Position numbers and translations under genes: made by a program. 64,000 nt of DNA from Candidatus Zixiibacteriota bacterium (GTDB lineage Bacteria > Zixibacteria > MSB-5A5 > GN15 > FEB-12). Below the pieces are notes generated by a model that was not told where the DNA came from, did no database searches, and saw nothing but the letters and a program-made list of their open reading frames with translations. The number at the start of each line of letters is the position of its first letter. Within the stretch, counting starts at the first letter, position 1. This document shows positions 48,551 through 57,028 of the stretch, piece after piece. The stretch lies in contig JAGGTI010000105.1 in the NCBI GenBank assembly GCA_021163775.1, positions 354 to 64,353 on the forward strand. The letters are read 5' to 3'.

Positions 48551-50659
48551 CTACTCCTGTCGCAAAATGAACCGAGCATCAACAGCCACACACTTGCTCC
48601 GATCGTCCGACACAATAAACGGGTTAATGTCGATTTCTGACAGACAGTGGAAGTCCTTAACCAGTTGGGATATACGCAACAGGGTATCTTCAATAATAGC
48701 GATATCCACCGGCGGAGCGCCACGGAACCCGGTCAACAATGGATACGATTTCAGCGACTTGATCATCCTTCGCGCCTTTTGCGGCGTCAGCGGATGGATA
48801 CGGAAAGCGACATCTTTCATAACTTCAACGTAGATACCACCCAAACCGAACATAATCAGCGGCCCGAAAGACGGATCGGTTGTCATTCCGATAACAGTTT
48901 CGACTGATCCTGAGATCATCTGTTGCATTACCACTGAGAACTTATCGCCTTTTTTGAGTTTGCCAACTCTTGAGCGCAATTCGGTGAATGCTTTCCTGAC
49001 CTCGGTATCAGAACGGATATCGACCATCACCCCACCCGCTTCAGTCTTATGAAGAATTGTTGGGGTGTTGATTTTCATCACTACCGGGTAACCCAGCTTT
49101 TTCGCCACAGCTACAGCTTCCTTAACAGTGAAAGCATATTCATAACCAGCCGCTTGAATGCCGTAGGCCTTGAGGATTTCCATAGCGTCCTCACCTACAA
49201 TAGCCGAAGATCCATCGGCTAAATGGCGATCAAAGATACTGCGGGCCGTATCAAAATTAACCTTGAAAGTCTTCAGTTTGCCCTTAGGGCTATCCAGCCA
49301 CTTACGGTAGTTATCTACAATAGACAGTGCCTTGGCGGCCGCTTCCGGAAAAATATAGGTTGGCATTCCGTGAGCATTGAGATAATCAATGCCGGACTTC
49401 TTCTCCCCCGCCCCCATAAGACAAGCGGCCACCGCTTTGTCGGTATTCTTGAGTGCGGTGTGGATATTCTTAGCCACGTCTAACTCATCAACGGTTACCG
49501 GTGCCAGGAAGATAGTCAGAATCGTATCGAAACGGCTGTCTTTTTTGATAACATTGAGGGTTTTGAAATATTCGGTTGGCCCTGCTCCGGCAACCATATC
49601 CATTGGATTGGCATAGGAAGCATCGGCCGAAATGAAATTCTTCATTTCTTTGATCGTGCTCGCTTTCAGATCCGGCATGCTCATGCCATGAGCTATCAGC
49701 GCATCGGTTGCAAGAATACCAGGTCCACCGGCATTGGTCACCACCACAACCCGGTTACCCTTGGGTATCTTTTGGCGTGAAAGGAAAGCGGCGACATCAA
49801 ACAACTCTTCAATCGTATCGACCCGCATGATTCCAGCCTGCTCAAAAAGGGCATCGACACCAACATCCAGTCCGGCTAAAGCACCGGTATGTGATGACGC
49901 CGCCTTGGCCCCCAACATAGTCCGACCAGACTTCACCGCTACGATCGGTTTGAAGCGGGAGACTTCGGCCGCAATACTGGTGAAATTTCGAGGGTTACCA
50001 AAATTCTCAAGATAGAGTAGGATAATCTCTGTCTGATCATCATCCTTAAAATATGTAAGGATGTCGTTCGATGAAATATCAGCCTTGTTACCGATTGACG
50101 CAATCTTAGAGAACCCTATACCGAGTTCGGCCGCCTGGTTCATAACTGCCTCGCCCATAGCTCCGGACTGAGTTATGAAGCCAACATTGCCATGCTTCGG
50201 AAAAATCTTACCAAACGTAACATTGAGACAAATATCCGGATCGGCATTGACCACACCGAAGCAGTTCGGCCCAATCATGCGCATACCGTAATCACGCACG
50301 ACCTTCAACACCTCGCGCTCACGAGCTTTTCCTTCGGTTCCAACTTCGGAGAATCCGGCCGAAATTACCACCAGCCCCTTTACGCCCTTCTCACCGCACT
50401 GACGCACGGTGTCCTGGACATACTGCTTGGGTACAATGATTACGCCCAAATCAACCGCGTCAGGGACATCCAGCACAGTCGAGTAACACTTGACTGAATG
50501 GATAACCTCGTAACGTGGGTTGACGGGAAATACCTTCCCCTTAAATTCAGCCGCAAAGACGTTATTAAGCGTCTCCCGACCAATAGTCCCCGGTCGAGGG
50601 GTAGCACCGATAACGGCTACCGATCGTGGACGAAAAATGGCATCAAGTTCCTGCCTCAT
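48551..50659 (-). CDS. ADP-forming acyl-CoA (acetyl-CoA) synthetase, fused alpha/beta type.
   Basis: 702 aa with an N-terminal CoA-binding segment (RPRSVAVIGATPRPGTIG), the phospho-His loop AASSHTGALAG and a C-terminal ATP-grasp domain. Confidence 0.85.
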   Translation of the reverse strand: MRQELDAIFRPRSVAVIGATPRPGTIGRETLNNVFAAEFKGKVFPVNPRYEVIHSVKCYSTVLDVPDAVDLGVIIVPKQYVQDTVRQCGEKGVKGLVVISAGFSEVGTEGKAREREVLKVVRDYGMRMIGPNCFGVVNADPDICLNVTFGKIFPKHGNVGFITQSGAMGEAVMNQAAELGIGFSKIASIGNKADISSNDILTYFKDDDQTEIILLYLENFGNPRNFTSIAAEVSRFKPIVAVKSGRTMLGAKAASSHTGALAGLDVGVDALFEQAGIMRVDTIEELFDVAAFLSRQKIPKGNRVVVVTNAGGPGILATDALIAHGMSMPDLKASTIKEMKNFISADASYANPMDMVAGAGPTEYFKTLNVIKKDSRFDTILTIFLAPVTVDELDVAKNIHTALKNTDKAVAACLMGAGEKKSGIDYLNAHGMPTYIFPEAAAKALSIVDNYRKWLDSPKGKLKTFKVNFDTARSIFDRHLADGSSAIVGEDAMEILKAYGIQAAGYEYAFTVKEAVAVAKKLGYPVVMKINTPTILHKTEAGGVMVDIRSDTEVRKAFTELRSRVGKLKKGDKFSVVMQQMISGSVETVIGMTTDPSFGPLIMFGLGGIYVEVMKDVAFRIHPLTPQKARRMIKSLKSYPLLTGFRGAPPVDIAIIEDTLLRISQLVKDFHCLSEIDINPFIVSDDRSKCVAVDARFILRQE

Positions 50660-50700
50660 AGATTATTTACAATCTCCGTTGATAGGTCGTAATCACTCTT

Positions 50701-53526
50701 TTATTTCTTAGCCTTCTTCTTCTTTGAAGGTGTATGCCTGATAGCCGCCTGAGCCGCAGCCAGACGGGCGATCGGTACGCGATACGGCGAACAGGAAACA
50801 TAGTTGAGACCTATCCGATGGCAGAAATCAATCGAGGCCGGATCACCACCATGCTCGCCACAAATACCAACCTTCAAATCAGGTCGAACCGAGCGACCTT
50901 TCTCGACACCCATAGTAACCAACTGCCCCACTCCCTCAATATCAAGTGAAACAAATGGATCCTTGGGCAGAATACCGGTTTCAACATAGTAATTAAGGAA
51001 CCGACCCGAGTCATCGCGCGAAAAACCCATAGTCATTTGCGTTAGATCATTGGTTCCGAAACTGAAGAATTCAGCTTCCTCAGCAATCTCATTAGCAGTA
51101 AGAGCGGCGCGCGGTACTTCAATCATAGTACCGACCGTGTAGTTCAGAACCTTGGAGCGTTTGCGGGCCGTGACCTCGCGTGCGATCCGATCCACCACTT
51201 CCTTCTGGTGCTTGAACTCGTTGACATGTCCGACCAGAGGAATCATAATTTCCGGAAAGACGTCCTTCTTCTGTCGTTGCAGATCGCTGGCCGCTTCCAA
51301 TATTGCCCGCACCTGCATTTCAGTAATTTCCGGGTAGAAAATGCCCAGACGACAGCCACGGTGTCCCAGCATCGGATTGGATTCGGCTAATTCTTCCAGC
51401 CGTCCAAGAGTCTTCTCCAACGCTTCAAGGTCTTCTTCGTAATTATCATCCTTCTTATCCAGAGCCGCAATTTTGGCTTCGACCTCGTGGTGTTTCGGAA
51501 GGAATTCATGAAGTGGCGGATCCAGGGTACGGATTGTCACAGGGTAACCCTGCATAACATCAAGCAATCCCTTGAAGTCTTTCTTCTGGAGCGGTAGCAA
51601 CTGAGCCAGTGCCTCTTGACGCTCTTCGGTGCTGTCGGCCAGAATCATTTTCTGTACGATCGGAATCCTGTCTTCTGCAAAGAACATATGTTCGGTGCGG
51701 CACAGGCCGATCCCCTCGGCGCCATATTTTACCGCCTGCTTGGCATCCCGCGGAATATCAGCATTGGCACGTACGCCCAAGGTCCGAGTTTCATCAGCCC
51801 ATTTCATCAGCTCAGCAAATTCACCCGAGAGTTCAGGTTCGATAGTATCGACCTTACCCTGAATGATATCACCTGTTGAGCCATTGAGCGTAATCGTGTC
51901 GCCTTCTTTGATCGTCAAACGACCAACCTGGAATATCTTCTTGGACACATTCACCCGTAACGCTTCGGCACCACTTACACAACACTTGCCCATACCTCTG
52001 GCAACTACGGCGGCGTGCGAAGTCATACCTCCACGTGAAGTAAGAATACCGACCGCGACATTCATGCCCTCGATATCATCCGGGCTGGTTTCCTGGCGGA
52101 CCAGAATCGTTGCATGCTTGGAACCCAGGCGAACAACATCTTCAGCCGTGAACACCACGTGACCAGTCACCGCACCTGGTGAAGCCGCAAGTCCGGTCGC
52201 GAGAACATTGTACTTCGCCTTAGGGTCAATACGAGGATGAAGCAAATGATCGAGCTGAGCCGGATCTATTCTCAGAAGCGCCTCTTCGCGAGTAATCAGC
52301 TTCTCTTTAACCATGTCGACCGCGGATTTGATAGCGGCTTGCGCCGTTCGTTTACCGGACCGGGTCTGGAGCATGAAGAGCTCGTTTTCCTGGATAGTAA
52401 ACTCGAAATCCTGTATATCACGATAGTGCCTCTCCAAGCGGTCGGTGATCTCTTTTAACTGCTTGTACACTTTGGGCATTTCACCCTTGAGCTCCACCAA
52501 AGGCTGTGGGGTACGCACACCAGCAACCACATCTTCACCCTGAGCATTGATCAAGAACTCACCATAGAATTCCCTGTCTCCAGTAGCCGGATTACGGGTA
52601 AAGCCCACACCGGTACCAGAATGTTTACCCATGTTACCGAAAACCATAGTTTGGATATTCACTGCCGTACCCAAGCCAGCCTCAATATCGTTAAGCCTGC
52701 GGTAAGTAATGGCTCGCGGATTGTTCCAACTGCGGAATACGGCATCGCGGGACATTTTGAGTTGCACCCGGGGATCGTCCGGGAACGGTTCTCCGGATTT
52801 CCGCTTAACAATCGACTTGAACTTTTTAATAATATCCTTCAGATCGACAGGCTGAAGCGAACTATCCTGACGAATACGCTTATCTTTTTTCTTCTTGGTG
52901 ATAACATCCTCAAAGAGATCCTTGTCGATACCCAGAACAACATTACCGAACATCTGTATGAACCGTCTGTAATTGTCCAGTGCAAATCGTTCGTTGCCCG
53001 TCTTCTCGCCCAAACCCTTCACGGTTTCTTCATTCAAACCAAGGTTAAGTACCGTATCCATCATACCCGGCATCGAAAATTTGGCACCAGAACGTACCGA
53101 AACAAGGAGCGGATCGGTCGGATCGCCAATCTTTTTACCAGTCACTTTTTCGAGACGTTCCAAATAGGCTTCCATCTCGGTTTCGATCGCCGCCGGCACC
53201 GCCATCCCTTCATCGTAGAATAGGTTACAGACGTCTGTCGTAATAGTAAACCCAGGCGGAACCGGTATACCAGCGTTGGTCATTTCAGCCAGACCGGCAC
53301 CTTTACCACCCAACAGGTCACGCATTTCTGAGTTACCTTCAGCCTTGCCCTTTCCGAAGAAATAGCAGGATTTCGGATATTTGACAGATTTCACTTTTGT
53401 CTTGGCCGAAGCCTTCTTTGCTTTAGCCACAGTTTTTTTGGTCTTAGTCTTGTTAGTTGTTTTTGCTCCCACGCTGGTCTTCCTGCCTGCTTTCGCTTTT
53501 GTCTTCTTCGCCTTCTTTGCTGGCAT
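50701..53526 (-). CDS. ppdK: Pyruvate, phosphate dikinase, with an unusual Lys-rich N-terminal extension.
   Basis: 941 aa with LLGGKGAGLAEM, catalytic His loop GGMTSHAAVVARGMGKCCV, and the C-terminal PEP-utilising barrel GICGEHGGDPAS. The first ~45 aa are K/A/T-rich. Confidence 0.93.
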   Translation of the reverse strand: MPAKKAKKTKAKAGRKTSVGAKTTNKTKTKKTVAKAKKASAKTKVKSVKYPKSCYFFGKGKAEGNSEMRDLLGGKGAGLAEMTNAGIPVPPGFTITTDVCNLFYDEGMAVPAAIETEMEAYLERLEKVTGKKIGDPTDPLLVSVRSGAKFSMPGMMDTVLNLGLNEETVKGLGEKTGNERFALDNYRRFIQMFGNVVLGIDKDLFEDVITKKKKDKRIRQDSSLQPVDLKDIIKKFKSIVKRKSGEPFPDDPRVQLKMSRDAVFRSWNNPRAITYRRLNDIEAGLGTAVNIQTMVFGNMGKHSGTGVGFTRNPATGDREFYGEFLINAQGEDVVAGVRTPQPLVELKGEMPKVYKQLKEITDRLERHYRDIQDFEFTIQENELFMLQTRSGKRTAQAAIKSAVDMVKEKLITREEALLRIDPAQLDHLLHPRIDPKAKYNVLATGLAASPGAVTGHVVFTAEDVVRLGSKHATILVRQETSPDDIEGMNVAVGILTSRGGMTSHAAVVARGMGKCCVSGAEALRVNVSKKIFQVGRLTIKEGDTITLNGSTGDIIQGKVDTIEPELSGEFAELMKWADETRTLGVRANADIPRDAKQAVKYGAEGIGLCRTEHMFFAEDRIPIVQKMILADSTEERQEALAQLLPLQKKDFKGLLDVMQGYPVTIRTLDPPLHEFLPKHHEVEAKIAALDKKDDNYEEDLEALEKTLGRLEELAESNPMLGHRGCRLGIFYPEITEMQVRAILEAASDLQRQKKDVFPEIMIPLVGHVNEFKHQKEVVDRIAREVTARKRSKVLNYTVGTMIEVPRAALTANEIAEEAEFFSFGTNDLTQMTMGFSRDDSGRFLNYYVETGILPKDPFVSLDIEGVGQLVTMGVEKGRSVRPDLKVGICGEHGGDPASIDFCHRIGLNYVSCSPYRVPIARLAAAQAAIRHTPSKKKKAKK

Positions 53527-53616
53527 AATAATGCCCCCTATACCTATATTGGATTGGAGCTACTTTTCTCTTTCTATCGAATGATAAAGTAAACGGCTTA
53601 ACTCCTGAAACGCAAT

Positions 53617-53656
53617 AAAAAAGGGTAGTTAAGAACCCAACCGCCCTCAACTACCC
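53617..53656 (-). terminator. Terminator candidate after the small basic-protein gene.
   Basis: An 8-bp stem, GGGTAGTT (53623..53630) paired with AACTACCC (53649..53656), has an 18-nt loop. On the minus strand it is followed by UUUUUU. Confidence 0.5.
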
Positions 53657-53688
53657 AGACTTATAATTGCCGCCCAGACCTACCAGAC

Positions 53689-54036
53689 TCACATAGTAAA
53701 CAGGCGTTCGCCCTTAATAATTTTCTCCAACATTTTCAGGGTCTTTTCGACCGGAGAATGCATGAGGTCGTTGGTGTTAAATGTTGAACGAACCACCTCA
53801 CGCGAGGCAATCATATTGGATTTACCGTGCCCTATCCGAGCTTTTTTCTTGTGCGTCAAATTGTACTGACGCTGATACTCCTTGGCCTTCTCCTTGTGCG
53901 TCTGGTAGTACCGCCGCTGGTATTCCCGGCGAGCCTCAGCGGTACCCAACTTAGACTCGGGCTGAGGGGGGGGATCCTTCTTGGCAACGGCCTTCTTTTT
54001 CCCTGCCGTTTCTGACTTTTTGGTTCGAGCCATCAA
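53689..54036 (-). CDS. Small basic protein of unknown function.
   Basis: 115 aa with the Lys-rich N-terminus MMARTKKSETAGKKKAVAKK and an Arg/Tyr/Gln-rich helical middle. It has its own flanking terminator candidates. Confidence 0.45.
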   Translation of the reverse strand: MMARTKKSETAGKKKAVAKKDPPPQPESKLGTAEARREYQRRYYQTHKEKAKEYQRQYNLTHKKKARIGHGKSNMIASREVVRSTFNTNDLMHSPVEKTLKMLEKIIKGERLFTM

Positions 54037-54398
54037 ACCACCTCACTTTCCCTGTGTTTCGTCTTGCTACCCTATAAAACAACTATGGCACAATCGACGG
54101 TTCCTTCCACAAGCAACCTTAGGAAATATTTACCTGTATGTCAAGCGAAATTTGTTGTTGCGCTCATTTTTTTATTGATATCTACCTATGGCCTAACAGG
54201 TTAACATGCACAAAAAAGATGACGCGCCACAACCACTTGCGAGACATTCAATTACACGACACAATAATTGACACTTAAGGATATATTGTCCGGATTAGTT
54301 GTACCTCAAGCTATGAAAAATCGAGAGCGAGCCGATTGGTTCCATCTTATTATACAAACAGAAGTACTTTAGGATCAATAGAAATTTGCGCACCGCAC

Positions 54399-54440
54399 AA
54401 AAAAAACCAAAAGAAAAAGCCCGCCTCTTATGAGACGAGC
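54399..54440 (-). terminator. Rho-independent terminator closing the membrane-module array.
   Basis: On the minus-strand RNA this reads GCUCGUCUC-auaa-GAGGCGGGC (two G-U pairs) followed by UUUUUCUUUUGGUUUUUUUU. It lies 35 nt after the stop at 54476. Confidence 0.75.
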
Positions 54441-54475
54441 TTTTCTAAAACAGAGTAGTTCAAACTCTCATGCTA

Positions 54476-55303
54476 CTATTGCGGCGAAGTGACGTCTTTA
54501 GAAGTCACGTGACGGTAGATTTCAATAATCGTATAACCAACCACCACTGCTATTAGCAAATAGAAGAAGAACGGGAAACCCCAATGATACGCTTCGTTGG
54601 GTGTATCCCCCAGATCCAGAGCCGCCACTATCCATTGTTGATCGAGGTACTGCATCCGGTTGATAAACAATGATATTCGCGCCATCACAGTAAAACCGAA
54701 TGATGCGCCAAAACCGATCATCAGGATCCAGATACCGAACTTAGCCATGCCACCAAACACACCGGTATGCGCCTTGGAAAAGAAGAAATAGATCAAGGCA
54801 CAAAGCGTACCGACAAAGACCAGCAGTTGAGACAAACCGGACGTGGCATCGAGAAGATTGAAGCCACCGTGACCGAAGAAATCTGACCAGTTGATCGGTG
54901 CCATCATCGCCACCAATTGTTCGTTCACACGGGCTTTCATCTCAAGTGGCACCGCGGCACCGGCACCGATACCGATATACATTGCCAGAGGCCAGCGCGA
55001 GATCCAGGAATAATTCTTGGAGAACCTGGTCCACATCAACATACCCAGAATGGCCGGCAACAGATACCAGGGAGCGCTGGAATCAAGATATAGGAACCAG
55101 GGACTGCCATCATCCAAACGATCATACATCAGTTTCGGAATCATACCGTTGTGCCATAGAATGATCGTGAAATAGCCGGCGGCGGCGCCCACAACCAAAT
55201 GCTCGGCAAACTTGTAGAACGGATTATCCTTGTAAAGAAATGAGAACGTACACAGCGTCAGGAAAGCGGCAAACGTCGTCCAGAGAAAAGTCGTAAAATC
55301 CAT
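54476..55303 (-). CDS. Module subunit B, paralogue 3 (polytopic membrane protein, unknown family).
   Basis: 275 aa. Shares the motifs SFLYKDNPFYKFAE, RWPLA, LIYFFFSKAHTGVFG and GIWILMIGFGASFGFTVMARISL with 58619..59452 and 62297..62938. It has an extra ~45-aa C-terminal extension with one more TM helix. Confidence 0.8.
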   Translation of the reverse strand: MDFTTFLWTTFAAFLTLCTFSFLYKDNPFYKFAEHLVVGAAAGYFTIILWHNGMIPKLMYDRLDDGSPWFLYLDSSAPWYLLPAILGMLMWTRFSKNYSWISRWPLAMYIGIGAGAAVPLEMKARVNEQLVAMMAPINWSDFFGHGGFNLLDATSGLSQLLVFVGTLCALIYFFFSKAHTGVFGGMAKFGIWILMIGFGASFGFTVMARISLFINRMQYLDQQWIVAALDLGDTPNEAYHWGFPFFFYLLIAVVVGYTIIEIYRHVTSKDVTSPQ

Positions 55304-55305
55304 GA

Positions 55306-56190
55306 CTATCTCCCTTCCCGTTGCATACGTTTCTTTTGTCGTCGATTCATGAAATACCCCACGTTGCCAATAATCACAAAGCCAATAATCACCAAGTGAG
55401 CGGCCAACTGTATTCGCATGGAATCTTTGGCATTACCCGGATTGTCGGCTAACTCTTCGTATTCAGCCGCACCAAGCATACCGCCCATGATACCGAATAT
55501 CTGTCCTGACCCAAGATACGGATAGTACTGAGCGGTCGAAACCCCGGTCACACCAATTGCCAGCGGGAAATTAAACCTGCCCTGAGCGTAGGAAATCCAG
55601 TAGTCAGTTGAGTTGGTGCCGGAGATATTAACCGCCCCGGCGATATCATCAAAGTTGTTAACACCCTGCATCATTGGCAGTGAATCCAGCGGTACGCCGT
55701 AATAGTCGAGCGGGAACGGCAGACGGAAATTCTGCCCCATAGCCAACATAACCATCGAAGGATATGGTTTGTAACCTAAGAAACAGTAGTCGATACCGTT
55801 GATAATTTCGCGTGGCGGGTAAGTGACACCGTTGTAGGTCTTCTCCACCAGCATCGAATCGGCAATATCACGCAATGCCTGATCGGCCATGCCCGGCCCG
55901 TTCTGCGACAGGGCAGTCATAAGCACTTTCAGTTCCTTGCGCCAACATTGCTCGACAATGGCCCAGGTCATCGGATGCAACTCCGCCATTGAACCTGGAT
56001 CATAGTCAAGAGGTATGAACATTATCGCACCTTTAGGCAGGGTGTCGATAAAGTTGAAGATCGACCGCACTTCCGGTTCTACGATAATTGGAACTTCGAA
56101 TGGCACGATGTAGGCTATGACGCACACAACGATGAGAAATAGGAAGACCCAGCGCCGATCAAGCGACATCATTTTATCAAAAATATTCAT
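55306..56190 (-). CDS. Module subunit A, paralogue 3 (N- and C-terminal TM anchors flanking a ~230-aa extracytoplasmic domain).
   Basis: 294 aa. Shares the motifs DYDPGSMAELHPM, GIMGGMLGAAEYE and AHLVIIGFVIIGNV plus a basic tail with 59449..60393 and 62956..63981. Confidence 0.8.
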   Translation of the reverse strand: MNIFDKMMSLDRRWVFLFLIVVCVIAYIVPFEVPIIVEPEVRSIFNFIDTLPKGAIMFIPLDYDPGSMAELHPMTWAIVEQCWRKELKVLMTALSQNGPGMADQALRDIADSMLVEKTYNGVTYPPREIINGIDYCFLGYKPYPSMVMLAMGQNFRLPFPLDYYGVPLDSLPMMQGVNNFDDIAGAVNISGTNSTDYWISYAQGRFNFPLAIGVTGVSTAQYYPYLGSGQIFGIMGGMLGAAEYEELADNPGNAKDSMRIQLAAHLVIIGFVIIGNVGYFMNRRQKKRMQREGR

Positions 56191-56205
56191 AATCGGTCTT
56201 CCTTT

Positions 56206-57015
56206 CTAACCCATATACTTTCGTTCAATGCCCAGGATCACTTTCAACCCGGTGGCTACAATCCCCAACCCAACCCCCATAACGATAGCTCTCTGAGCGG
56301 CCAGGTTGGGCACGTTCATAAGCCAGCTGGAGGTTTGCGAGATGTAACTGCCAAAAACCGGTTCCAGGTAGGGGTTGAAACGTAACATTACAATAATCGC
56401 CGACAGGAGCAGAAGCGTCGCCATGATGCTCCGCGCTCGGAAAGCGCGATAAGCGGCCGACGCAATGAAGAAAGCCAACAGCGAAAACATGGTGGCGAAG
56501 ATTGGAATCAGGATGAAGTCAAACGAGTGGACGAACATGTAGGCCTGCAACCCCTCGGACGTGGCGAAATGAAAACTGAAGGCTTTGTCGAAGATACCTA
56601 TCAACAGCGCAGTCAGGGCAAACACCCCCGCCAGTCCGGCAAACATTGCTACTTTCGCGCGTGAGGCCATCGCCTGAATGATCATCAGAAACATACCTAC
56701 CACCGACAACACGAAAGGGAAATACCAGCCCCATTCGGCACCGTTTCTAATCGTGAACCCAAAGACGATAAAGCCAACCAGACCGGCCAGAGTAACATAC
56801 GAGTATTGCCAGCCTATTTTCTTGTTCTTGATCTTATCCACGTGCACTCTTATCAGCGACCAGATACCGATTGCAAGGGCAAAGATACCAATGATGATGA
56901 TCCAGTCGAGAAGGTACTCGTAGAGCCACTCGGATTTTTCGTGCGGCATAAAAAACTGGAACAGCAGAAAGGCGCCGAAGACAAGAACCAGTAATCTTGG
57001 AAATTGTTGTTTCAT
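56206..57015 (-). CDS. Module subunit D, paralogue 2 (polytopic membrane protein, unknown family).
   Basis: 269 aa. Shares RVHVDK, LLAFFIASAAYRAFRA, PNLAAQRAIVMGVGLG and ILGIERKYMG with 60359..61030. Confidence 0.8.
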   Translation of the reverse strand: MKQQFPRLLVLVFGAFLLFQFFMPHEKSEWLYEYLLDWIIIIGIFALAIGIWSLIRVHVDKIKNKKIGWQYSYVTLAGLVGFIVFGFTIRNGAEWGWYFPFVLSVVGMFLMIIQAMASRAKVAMFAGLAGVFALTALLIGIFDKAFSFHFATSEGLQAYMFVHSFDFILIPIFATMFSLLAFFIASAAYRAFRARSIMATLLLLSAIIVMLRFNPYLEPVFGSYISQTSSWLMNVPNLAAQRAIVMGVGLGIVATGLKVILGIERKYMG

Positions 57016-57028
57016 TCTCTGCTATCTC

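Noticed and set aside
52621-53223. 200-aa plus-strand ORF inside ppdK.
   Set aside because: It is antisense to an unambiguous PPDK coding sequence.
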